DNA of 64,000 nt from Macrostomum lignano (lineage: Eukaryota), in NCBI GenBank assembly GCA_002269645.1, contig NIVC01000554.1, forward strand, positions 165,491 to 229,490, given 5' to 3'. The notes beneath the pieces were generated by a model. It searched no databases. It was not told the origin of the DNA and worked only from the letters and a program-made list of their open reading frames with translations. Shown here piece after piece: positions 12,871 through 24,632 of the stretch; positions within the stretch are counted from its first letter, which is position 1, and each line of letters begins with the position of its first letter. The position numbers and the translations under genes are program-made.

Positions 12871-13194
12871 GCCTATGCACGAATTAACGCATTAATAGTT
12901 TGTAACAAAATTAACTGAGAGTTACCTGGTACATACTCGTATATTGCACGCACAGATTGAACATAGAAAAGCTTTATTTACACCTATTCTAATCGCTGCT
13001 ATCCCCTTCCTACTCCTGACAAACCACGAAACTAAACATTTCCTATACTGATAAGTCTTAATGACTTTCAAATACTCAGGAAAAGTTCCGAAAAGTGATG
13101 AAAGGCTTGCATTAGTGAGGAAAAGTTTCCAATAGTGAGAAAAGGTAGCAAAAAACTTCGCCAGTTGAAACTTTAACGCCCCTTGCATTGCCTC

Positions 13195-13545
13195 TACGCC
13201 TAAAGTGCCCACTGTGCACCTTTTATTCACCTTTCGTGCCTCCAGTGCACACTGTACACCTTTTCTGCACCTCCACAGCAGCGCACCTTTTATTCACTTT
13301 TCACTCCCCCAATGCCCCCAATTACTACTTTATTCACCTTCTGTGCCTCAACGCACACTGTGCACCTTTTATGCACCTAACTCCCCAACGACACCTGTGC
13401 CCCTACCGCCTATTTCGTGCCTCAAATTCACCTTCCGCCCCTGCAGAGGCACTCAGGTGAACAAAAGGTGCACAAGTGGCACAAAATAGGCATAAGAGAG
13501 GCGAAAGTCAGGCAGAAGGTGCAAAACTCTTCACCTTTCATGCTT
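13195..13545. mobile_element. Second copy or relative of the AAAGGTGCAC foldback element
   Basis: Starts CCTAAAGTGCC as at about 12832; reiterated CACCTTTT/TGCAC motifs switch strand near 13450. Confidence 0.4.
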
Positions 13546-13569
13546 ACTTTAAAAACTCAAAATCCAACG

Positions 13570-13790
13570 GGTCTCCGCTCCATCAAGATTCTTGCACCTG
13601 CCTCTCCGCTCCATCAAGATGCTTTGAACCTGCCTCTCCGCTCTCCATCAAGATGCTTTGAACCTGCCTCTCCGCTCTCCATCAAGATACTTTGAACCTG
13701 CCTCTCCGCTCTCCATCAAGATGCTTGAACCTGCCTCTCCGCTCTCCATCAAGATACTTTGAACCTGCCTCTCCGCTCCATCAAGATCCT
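13570..13790. repeat. 32-34-bp minisatellite GAACCTGCCTCTCCGCTCTCCATCAAGATGCTTT
   Basis: About 7 copies. Confidence 0.9.
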
Positions 13791-14002
13791 TGATTGGCCT
13801 CTCAACTAACACTATATCCATACATCGGTACAATACTAAAGAGACGCAGAATAGATGCTGGTATTAGAATTAAAAAAACGCAAACCCGAGTTTCACAATC
13901 ATGTATTTTGCTACTGGTAAATCAATTAAGAAAAATGCAAAAAACCCGGCAATTTAGTCTCGGTGCAGCAGACACACACAGTTCGGAATGCGCAAGCAAC
14001 AT

Positions 14003-15099
14003 TCACTGATTAACATTCTGGGCAAACAGCTCCAGCTGCCGCTTATCCGCAGGACTTGGCGCCAAGTCAAATGCCGTCTTCTCCTCTTTGTTGATGTGGC
14101 CGACATTGGCACCGGCTTCAATCAGCAGTCGGGCATCTTCTAGACGGCCCTCTTCGCAGGCGAAGTGCAGCGGCGTGTTGCCGACAGAGTCGCTGACGTT
14201 GACAGGCGCTCCGCGGCTTAGAAGAAGGCTGGTCACCGCAGTGTGGCCCTGGGTGCGGGATGGTCAAATGGATTGATTTGAGTAGCTTGTGATTTTATGT
14301 GGAATTTTCCATCCCAGCTTAACAAAAATACTTTGGAATTTTCCACTTGACCTTCATTCGAAATACTATGGAATTTTCTACTTGACCTTCATTGAAATAC
14401 TGTAGAATTTTCCACTTGACCTTCATTGAAATACTATGGAATTTTCCACTTGACTTTCATTGAAATACTGTGGAATTTTCCACTTGACCTTCATTGTAAT
14501 ACTATGGAATTTTCCACTTGACCTTCATTGAAATACTGTGGAATTTTCCACTTGACCTTCATTGTAATACTATGGAATTTTCCACTTGACCTTCATTGAA
14601 AAGCTGTGGAATTACATACCTGCGCGCAGCTTCTATGCAACGGCGTCACCCCGGAAGTGGCATCCCGCGGCCCAGCGTCGGCCCCGGCGTCGAGCAGCAG
14701 CCGGGCGAGTTCCGGTCGATTCTTTGAAGCCGCGTAGTGCAAAGCTCGCTGCCCAGTAGCATTAGAAGCGTCCGGATTGGCCCCGGCGCCTAGCAACCGC
14801 CTAGCAACGGCTAGGTGACCAGCCGAAGCGGCCAGCATCAGCGGCGTCCAATCCTGATCGTCTGTCGAGTCGACAGTCTCCGGACTGCCAGCAGTCAGCG
14901 CCAGTTCCACAATACGCTCAGCGCCTTTAACGCAGGCCCAGTGCAATAGGCCACGGCCTGAGGAGTCCCGGCTGCTCGTTAGCAGCTCAGGCTGAGCAGT
15001 TTTAGCCTGCTCAACTAGCTTTGTGCACAGCTCTAACTGGCCATTGTGTAGCAGTTGAACAGCCTGCTCTAGATTGGCTAGTGATTGGCTGACAGACAT
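14003..15099 (-). CDS. PSMD10: Gankyrin / 26S proteasome non-ATPase regulatory subunit 10. Exons 15099-14620 and 14248-14003, 241 aa
   Basis: Ankyrin repeats with gankyrin-type motifs LLHWAC, WTPLMLAASAG, ALHYAASKNR, TPLHR...|GH, GNTPLHFACEE and NKEEKTA. Phase-0 GT-AG intron. Confidence 0.9.
14300..14600. repeat. 34-bp minisatellite TGGAATTTTCCACTTGACCTTCATTGAAATACTA
   Basis: About 8 copies fill the PSMD10 intron. Confidence 0.95.
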
Positions 15100-15189
15100 T
15101 TTTCTCTGTTCCAGCTTAATATTTCAAGCTTGTAAACATCAAAGCACAAGAGCACACTACCGACAATAAATTCAACCATGTAGTGTATA

Positions 15190-15240
15190 CCCTAACCTAA
15201 CCTTGAAACCTAACCTAACCCTGAACCCTTACCCTTAACT
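15190..15240. repeat. Degenerate telomere-like (CCTAA/CCCTAA)n tract
   Basis: CCCTAACCTAACCTTGAAACCTAACCTAACCCTGAACCCTTACCCTTAAC. Confidence 0.7.
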
Positions 15241-15652
15241 ATTAAAACAATGGCTATTACAATGCTAGGGTTATTAAAATGACAATACTATTACAAGCCA
15301 AAAAGACAAATATTAAAGTGATAGTAGTATTAAAAGGACATTAGTATTAAAATGACTGCAATCATAGATAGCAAAATTCAATTTGGCTAACTTAATAAGC
15401 AAGAGAAATAGAATGCATAAATACCATTTTAGACCATATTCTAAATTTGTGTTTTTGTTAATTCATGAACAGTTTTCTCATTTTTATTGCTTGTTTTCTT
15501 GGCTACATCGGAAATTAGCATTGTTAATGCCTATTATTACTTTTATAATAGGCATTTGAAATATTATAAAAGCTAATTTTCATTAGGTAAATGAACAATT
15601 ATTATTAAAGTTACTATTTGTGCTAGAAAATTTGGTGAAATCTACCACCTTT

Positions 15653-17151
15653 CCATACTCAGGAAGGTGTACATCATGGCGGAAAATTCCGGTATACATC
15701 AATGAAAAATATGCGCGAAGTGGCGCACACGGCGCACAACAAAGGCTTAGCAGAAGTTTTTAGTGCATAGTGGCGCACAGCAAAACCAGATCAGTCACCT
15801 AAATATATAATCTGTATATGCAGTGCGTAAAATATGCTTTAAGATTACGTTTTTTCCAAGCATATGTGGTAGTAGGCTGGTCTACCACTGGGGTGAGCAA
15901 TGGCAGGCTTCCAGTGCGGACAACGGCGGAACATTCGGCTCAATTCCATAGAATGATGGACTAACATCATTTTTTTATTTTTTGCTCCCTTGTTTGTTCC
16001 CCCGGTTGTCCCCGCCTTTGCTCCCTCATCTGTTCCTTTTTCTGTTCCCTCCCTTGGCCCCTGTTGTTTTAGTGTTTCCAGTGGCCGGGTTTCTTTGTTT
16101 CCCATTGTTGTCCCTTCCCTTGTCCCACCCCTGGGATCCCCCACGCTAATTTTATATATTTACGTTGATTTTGGAGTCTCTAATTCTCATCTCCCCTGTT
16201 GGTTGTTTGTCAGTTTGTTCCATTTTTTTATTTCCGGTCTTTGTTCATTTATCTCGCGTAGCTCTAATAATTAATGGTAATAATAATAACAAAATAATAA
16301 TAAGTTCGCAAATATCAATAATATTTATTCAGTTGTTCAGAATCGAAGCCTTTCGTTTTCTATTGAGTCATTTGCCCGCAGGGCGTAAAATAACCAGTCA
16401 GTCTCAACTCAAAGAAAGCTTTGAGACCCTCAATGTTCCGTAAAACGACATTTACAGTGGTGGCAGCGCTACTTTACTACTGAGAGTAACACAACTAGCA
16501 ATCTTGATGAATTACGAGTTCACAGTGTCTAAGGACCCCTCCTGAATGACTCAGGCTGCTACTAGACTGCTCGACTGCAATTACAACTATCCTCCCCCGG
16601 AATTGAGGACCCGGCAGACGGAATAACCAAGGAGAAGAATTAGCGCATCAATTCGTGCATTTTTCCGGCTTTATTTGCGCTTCTATAATGCCAGTGGCAA
16701 TTCAAAGAGGAATCCACCCCACCTCACTGGTGTCAGCAAATTTTCGAAACCGAGAGTTTCCAAGAAAATTCTTCTCCACCCCCACCTCACATATCAATAA
16801 AAAATTGTTTCTTAGTAAGTGAAATGAATAATAAAATTCAAAATGGGATTCTACCATAAAGTTAAAGCTATTTCTTTTGAGAATTTTCTACATGAGCTAA
16901 AATAAAGCAAAAGTTTTGAGTTGAAAAAAAGGCTACATAAGGTACGAAAATTTATCCGTTTTTTTAGTTTTGTTTTAATTGGACTTTTACCGAGTTTTTA
17001 GTGCTACAGCGCATTAGTTAGCTATGTATTTGTCAATGAACGAATGTAGACCTCGGCGTACAGATTCATATTTTAGCTTTGCACACAGCGCACACTTAAA
17101 AAATACACTGAAATATATTCCTGCGCACACGTAACACCTTCCTGAGTGTGG
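15653..17151. mobile_element. Non-autonomous TIR DNA element, about 1.5 kb
   Basis: 18-bp TIRs CCA(T/C)ACTCAGGAAGGTGT; flanks CCACCTTT and CCACCTTC (7/8 TSD); no coding capacity seen. Confidence 0.7.
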
Positions 17152-17280
17152 CCACCTTCCTAACTATGGGGTAAGGGGGGGGGATTTTAATGCCCCTGAT
17201 CTGGAATGAGCAACAGTTTTCTGCATATGACTATTTGTCATATTTGATACACTTTCCTACAGCTATAGCCAGCTTTAGTT

Positions 17281-17845
17281 CCATAGTTAGGATCATGTCA
17301 TGGTATACGCCAGAATAAAAAGTCCCATAAAAAAATCTATGCCACTTCATACTGAAATGTACGCCAAGGTTCTAGGAACTTACACCAGGTTTTCTAGGCT
17401 TTGCGACAATAAATGATTTTTTTGCATATTACACATTTTTTAACAATAAAAATTTAACAAATGTGTGGTTTTCATTTAAAGTAAATTGGCTTACAGATAA
17501 TGCCAACAAAAATCAATTTTTTGTTTAAGTTTTTTAGAAAATTAACATGATTAGTTTGCATGGAATTTTAAATTTTTATAAATCACGAATAGATTTATGA
17601 ACTTTTATCTTATGAGTTTTATAGTTTGAATCATTTTATAATAAGATTCTGAGGTTATGGCATTATGCCAAAAGTTGTTAATATTAACTTTGGCATGAAG
17701 GTTGGAGTTGGTATACGCTGCTTGGCATATTTACACCACGGCGTCATGCCAAAAAGTACGCCAAATATATTTTGCCTCATTTTTTATGCCAATTGTACGC
17801 CAAAAAAAGTAAAATTTTCATCATCATCTATCATCCTGACTATGG
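17281..17845. mobile_element. MITE, 565 bp
   Basis: TIRs CCATAGT(T/C)AGGAT; perfect 8-bp TSD CTTTAGTT (17273-17280 and 17846-17853). Confidence 0.8.
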
Positions 17846-19683
17846 CTTTAGTTCCTAATCATTTTAATAAGAAACATACATTTTGATAATTGTAAACCAA
17901 AGGTGATATCAACTAAAACAATATTACTATCATTTAAAAAAAACAGCGCTTTTGTCTTCAACAATTATTTTAAATGGTGATCGTCACTGTTTGAGGTGAT
18001 TGTAAACCAAAGGAATGCCAAACTAGGCTTATTATTATCTATTTATACATTTAGAGCTGTGGCCATCCTGGTGTATGGCCTGGCCATCTTGGTCATATAT
18101 ACTCATATGCTACTAAAAGTAAAACTAGGCCTAGGCCTATGAACTATCTATCCCAATCCCACTTATTTTAAATTGTCAAAAATTGTTTTAAAAATTTTGC
18201 TTTCAAGAAAAAATTTGAGGAAAAAAAACAAATCATTTTAGGGTTTTCTGATTTTGTGACTTGCATGACTCAAAATGAAAAAATTAATAATAAAATAAAG
18301 TTTAAATTCTTAAACAGACAATTAAAACAATTTCTTAACCTAATTTTTTGTCCTATTGAATCTATTCCATTTTTTAATCCTCATTTTACCGCCTGGTATC
18401 TATATTACATTATTAGTATCATATGATCAGATCACTAACACAGCTAATCACTAGGCCTAGGCTAAAGCTAAACTGATTTTTTTAACTGAACATTATACAA
18501 ATTAACATACCAATAACGCACGCAGTTAAGGCCATAACTTATAGGACACGCCGGCCATGCCTAGTAATATAGGCCTAATCCTTCTCTCTAATATCGACTA
18601 GGTGATAGGTATGTCAGTCCACACATACTGGTGGCCGCCATCAGTACCAGGACTCACCAATAAAAAACAGTTCACCTATTTGAATACGATCATTTTCCTT
18701 GAAAATCAAGAAAGTATATCAAATTGTATTTTTCAGGCTTAATTTATATTTATATTTTTTTACTATCAACTAAGTCTAAAAAAGAAAGCATTTCTAAATA
18801 ATTTTGTCCTTGGGAGACTTTCTGGTTCATCGCCTGTAAAACGAGCTAGGGCAAATGCCTGCACATTTAGAACTTAAAGAGAATTCAGATTGCCAAGTCA
18901 GAAAAAGTCTCAAAAAAGAAGTGGCTTAACTTAATTAAGTTAGTTATAGATGCAGGGGGCTGGGTGCATCCTAGTGCACTTTATGTGGCATTAATTAACA
19001 AAGCCAGCGAAAGGTAACTACTTATTTACTGCCAATTTCCACCGACACGCCCCTGTACAGGCAACATGCAATAGCGCGGATTACAAAACGTCCGTATGTA
19101 ATATACGCAGGCAGCATACACAGGAGCGAGCAGCTGCCGTAATTTAATTTATCGTAAGGTATTTAAATTGCCTTGTGACTGGCGGGGACGTTGGCCCAGA
19201 ATGCAAGGGGTGTTATAATTTAGCAGACCATCCGGCAAGTCGTGATTTCAATTTTGTACATGTAAATAAATGTAGTTCCAAATTAACTGTACTTGGAATC
19301 AAGCCTTGCATGGGCAGCTGGCACATAAGAGCGCCGCGCTACAGACACAGGCTACGGACAGACCTATACAACATGTACATTTAAAAATAGTTTTAAAATG
19401 CTACCATATGTACGACAGCTAGCTGGTAAATGCACGTGTAACACATATGTAATGCACTACATTCGATTCCATATAAATTTCCAACTACGTCGACTATTAC
19501 TGTAGCCTTAAACGCAAGTATGCATGTAACATATTACCGGTGGGTAGCAGTGTGCACATGTAATAAATGCATGCCAGGCCACACGTACATAATCCAGCTA
19601 TTTTTGCGAATCTATAAAAAGTATCGAGATTCGCGCTCGTAATTGCAGCTATTCATGTATAGCACATGTACATGTATATTTTG

Positions 19684-20652
19684 CAAGGACTACTTAAGAA
19701 CACAGGACGTTACACTTGCAAATATTGGCAGAATTCTAAAAGGCCGCTTTGAATGCATGTGTCTATGGTTTTAGTGGCCTTTTTGCTATTTGAAGCAATG
19801 TGTATAATACATGAATAGAAATTTTTGCCTAGTGAATAAAGCTTTTTATATGCATGTATACCGACAAAATATTTATATTTTCTCCAAAAGGTGATCGTGA
19901 ACAGGGTGTAGAAGTTTAACAAAAAACGAAGAAATACCCAAAAATAACAAGAATGACAATATTGAATGATAGGAACTACACTTGGTCAACAATAATAATA
20001 CTTATTCGCTCATTTCCCGATTCATGGACTTGTTTAAAATGTAGAAGCAACACGATGGTAGCAAAGATGACAGTGAAAATAGTAATAAATTCGTCACAAA
20101 GTTAATCGGAGTTTAATTTTCGTAACCGTCTTGCACCAACACCGCTTTGATGTCTCTCAGTTTCAGATTCCTTTCTTACTAAACCCTTGTAAAAGGAATT
20201 TGCAAACCGGCGAGATATTCTTATAAGTAGCTCGTTGCCAAGTGCAATATCCAAAAAAGAGTCGAAAATTCTCAGAAACACATTAACTGAACTGTTAACG
20301 CAACGCTGTCCGGAGCCGAGAAAGAAGACGTAGCAGAAACTAGCATACACAACAAGCCATTCTGGCGGATGACTCAATTTTCCGCGAGACACCAACTTTG
20401 TGAACTCACAGCTGTTGTCTGTAGCATATGCCTCGGTGCTTTTCCCGGACAAATTTTCCTTGTACGAGACATAACCGCATATATAGTAAATAGAAGCTTT
20501 CTCTTCATCAGAGAGTTCAGCGGCAGACCGGTACACATTGCTTCAAATAGCAAAAAGGCCACTAAAACCATAGACACATGCATTCAAAGCGGCCTTTTAG
20601 AATTCTGCCAATATTTGCAAGTGTAACGTCCTGTGTTCTTAAGTAGTCCTTG
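19684..20652 (-). mobile_element. Non-autonomous P-element (THAP9-type) deletion derivative, 969 bp
   Basis: Perfect 121-bp TIRs (19684-19804 and 20532-20652) starting CAAGG. Perfect 8-bp TSD ATATTTTG (19676-19683 and 20653-20660). Internal ORF remnant 20536-20102 (IYYICGYV, LVSRGKLSHP, RRFANSFYKG) resembles a P-transposase C-terminus. Confidence 0.85.
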
Positions 20653-21312
20653 ATATTTTGTTGCTACTTTCTACTAAGCACTACATTACAGTTAAATCAC
20701 GTCACGTGCTGTATTATACTAGCACAAAAGTACTTATGCAAATTGCATCTTCTAGTAGAAATTCTTCTCTAAAGAGAGACACGAAAGAAGTCCTTCTGTA
20801 GAAAAAAACTCATACTGCAGCTTCGGTTTCAAAAAGCAAACAACCATGCAAATTTTATTTCATATTTGCTTTTACAGGCTCCAAGTTACATATGTAAAGA
20901 AACGTACACCCGCTGAGAATACAAATAAAAGGGGAACATTGCCTAAAGAAACGTACACCACAGCCTAAAAAAATAGCTTACATGTACACGAGGCTTGCTT
21001 GCTACAATATCTGGGAGCTGAGCTACAGGGTCGGGTTTGTCTAAACCCTCTTTGTTAGTACTCCACTTATCTTTAATTTGTTTAGCTCAAACTATACAAA
21101 CATCCACACGTCAGCTCCGTCAAATATTATTGACTTACATTTGCAATTGCGTATACCTAGCTCAGCACGCCCTCTAAAAATCCAACGCATTGCATTTTAA
21201 TCGGCTTCTAATTGAATACTGTAGGTAATGCTGCTTCATACATATATCTGATTCTGAAATTCTGATACCCCCAACAAACAATGGAAACAAAAAAGGTCGA
21301 CGCCTTGGTTTA

Positions 21313-23620
21313 CTACTCAAATAAGTCGTCCTCCTGGCCTCGATTATAAAACTGAACATCGCCATCAGCGCCGCCCGCAACGGCATCTTCTGAGGCGCTG
21401 CCACCAGCGCTGTTGCTAAGGAGCGCATCCAGGTGTCTTCTTCGAATCAGCCTTCCAACGTTGATCTCAGCCGGGTCCCAGCCGTCCTCGAGTCGCTGAC
21501 GAGTCTCCAGCTCGGCGTTAAGCTGGCGAATCTGCTGCTCCCGCTGCTGCTTCTGCAGCTGCAGTTGGCGCGGCGCCGCAGCCTCTCGCGCAGCGGAAAT
21601 ATGCCGCAACAGGCTGGCACCGGCGCAGACCCAAGAGTTTAGCGACGCAACTGCCTCGGCCGTTTGCGGATTGGCGCCGCGTAGATCCAGAGCGCTCAGC
21701 CGGCGCTCCAATTGACGGATTGTCGACGGTGAGCAGCCGGGACTAGTCATTGAGTAGTCGTGACCGTCGCTGCTGTCTCTCGCCCTACCGCTGCCGCCGA
21801 CACCACTGCCGGGTCCACTAACGACGCCGTCGCCGTAGTCGGACGCGCTGCTGCTGTTCAGTTCTTTCACAACACTGACGTCGCTCGTGTACATGCTCTG
21901 CTGCTGGCTGTGCAGCTGCTGGTTCCTCTGCTCGTGCTTCGGTTGGCTCTGCTTGCCAGCAGTGCGATTCCGACGACTGCCAATTTTTATTAATGGTTGA
22001 GTATGCGCGCATTCATGATTGACACTGAGCCTGCCTGCTGGTAACTTAATAAATAACATTTTAATATTGAATGCTTCATGTAAAATAGGTTGTGTGCATT
22101 GAATACTTCCGAAAAAATGCAGACATCTTTTTAACCGTTCTTAAGAGGCAAATTAAAATATGTCTGCGCCATCACAGATAAAATCGGCTCTTAGACTCGC
22201 TAATTGTCATTTATTTTATGCCTCAAGCGTAATAAGGCTGTCACGTTTTTGGCATGTCCACGAGCACATTTGAAAATACCCCCACGGAATTCTATCATTC
22301 AAGGAGCATGTCATGTAAAGGTCATACAGTCAAGGTATCGAACTGTCCTTCACGATTTCCGGATGTATCAATGTCCTCAAATTAAGTTCGAGATAGATAA
22401 ATCTTAAATTCATCAAACAAGTTGTCACAGTTGTTCTGCCGACTGACCTAGCGGTTCTTACCATATGCAAGTGCTTGCGTGTTATACTCTTCTAGAGTGG
22501 TCACAGACGAGTATTCTCTTTATTTGAGCATCGAGACCAACCCCGAGAAAGCCATTGCATTCAGATTACTAGAAAAATGCTAAATGCAATCTTGCAACTC
22601 ACGACAGACTTGTTGAGTGCGGATATCCACTGCTCAAGCGGCCGCCGCCTCGTGAACGGCCCCGAGCTGTAGATCCGCTCACAACGGCAGACCGCGCACT
22701 GCCGCGCAGTCTGGATGATTCACCGCCAACCCGGCGAGGCAGCGGCTGCGGCTGCGGCGGTCGCTTTGCCGTTTCCAGGAGGCGCATAGTTCTAGCCTGA
22801 TTGGCGGCCAACTTGCTGCAGGAGATTGCCTGATTGCCGGTGAAAGTCAGGCGCACATTTTTGCACAGGTCCTGCATTTTAGATTAGACATCGGATTCAC
22901 TTGACTTTTCATCGATGTGTATGTAGTTATATTAGTGAAAGCTAACAAATCTTAAATTTCAGCCGGTTGATTAGTTTTGAAGTTTTTAAAAATTTGTAAA
23001 AGCCGCGCGATCAGCACACACCACACAAGCTAGAATGTACTCACTTGATGGTGGGGGGTACGTGTCGAGTGCTATGTATGCGGATGTGTTCCATAGGTCT
23101 GTGAGTGTAGATATACAAAAATTCTACAATCTTGACTTTTGCTCACATAGCTGACGGCATAAGGATTTGTGGTCCCGACAGAAATGTCTCGGTGAGGCAA
23201 CTGGACATTAAAGCCTACATCATTAGCATAGAAACTATTTGGCATCAATTAGGAGGCGCAAACCTGATAGGCAATTGACTCGCCCCCGTCTCCTCCAGAG
23301 TCAGCTCGGCCGGCTGAGTCGCCCTGTTGAATGCGTTCCATGATGCGCCGCTCCTCGGCAGACAGCGAACGAAGCCGACGGCCAACATCGGCGTCCCCAG
23401 TCAGGGCAGTCCGCCGCCGACGCAGTTGCGCACCACGGCTGCCGCTGCCACCAGTGACTCTGCCGAGCGTCAGTTGAAGCTTCTGCGTGCTGCCACTAGC
23501 GGCCGAGTCACCTGAACTTGCTACTAATCTACGACTGGTGTTGTAAACTGAGGCTGGCACTTTCATGTCGCGAATGCGCAGCGGATCATCCACCGCGGTT
23601 GCCGCAGCTGATTTTCGCAT
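21313..23620 (-). CDS. Hypothetical protein, about 429 aa, low-complexity and coiled-coil-like. Exons 23620-23264, 22871-22603, about 21976-21313
   Basis: Three GC-rich ORF blocks in AT-rich surroundings join in frame through GT-AG junctions of phase 0 and 2. No family recognised. Confidence 0.6.
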
Positions 23621-24202
23621 TTGGACCTTCGATAAATATTATACAAAAAAACCGTTTGAGGCCGAGTATAAATGTTTCATCTCGTTCTCGACACTGAAAT
23701 TTGAATGCCAATGCACGGGAGGGCGAACACTACCATAGAATAACTCATCTCAAGCACGAGCTGCTTAGCGATCGAATAAAAATTATACAATGATTAAAAG
23801 TTTTCATCAGCATCTATACTATATGACAAGACTATGGGAAATATCTTCCACTCGGAAGCTTTTAAAGTATTGAAGTTTAATTCAACTAACAGGTGTGTCG
23901 CAATAGCTCGTACTCTATCTGGTGAAACTTTGCTTCCTCCCATGGCTGTTGCAATTAATGAGCCATCTGTCGACTAAGGATTCTAGCTAACTCTCCAAAC
24001 TAATTAGACGTACCGAAGTACGGTGCTTGTTTTAAACACGTTTGAATACTGACTGTCTTGAAGGTCTTAAAATAGAACAAAAGAAAAAGTGCAGATCACT
24101 TGGCTGTTTTTATTCCAACAAGGCTGTAACGCTCGCAACTGCGGAGGCTTTCTAGAATAATAGGATTCTGACCTACCATTCAAAAGTTTTAGGCTCAAGT
24201 AC

Positions 24203-24210
24203 TATAAATA
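24203..24210 (+). promoter_or_regulatory. TATA box candidate (TATAAATA) upstream of the GT32 gene
   Basis: Consensus match about 420 nt before the ATG, in the divergent spacer between the hypothetical gene and GT32. Confidence 0.35.
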
Positions 24211-24632
24211 GACTGCAGCTTATTTATTTCTTGTTCTATTCTCGACAATTTCAACTTTTTTGAAGCAGCCCAGTTTCCTTCGGCTTCATCCCTGGATTTT
24301 GTCAGTCGCATCACCAAGCCTCCTGACAAACTCGTGTGGAATCAGCGATCGTCTGCTTCCGCACATCCGATTGTCAGGCAGCTCACCCATCGGCCTCCAC
24401 TCCAGCGACTGAGTGAGCTGCTTTAGCCCCAGCACTGCAATGCCAAGCCTTCCCAGCTCAGCTCAGACTCAACTGTTCATTGTTCCTCATCAGCCTATCG
24501 CTGCCTTGGGTATAAGTACCGCAGAACTGTAGCCGCTTTCCCTCGACACTCAGCATCTCAATTGCACTGCAGCTTTTCATTTAGCTATCGTGGTATTTTT
24601 CCTCTTCTAGTAGGGGGCGATCGCACCGTTGA

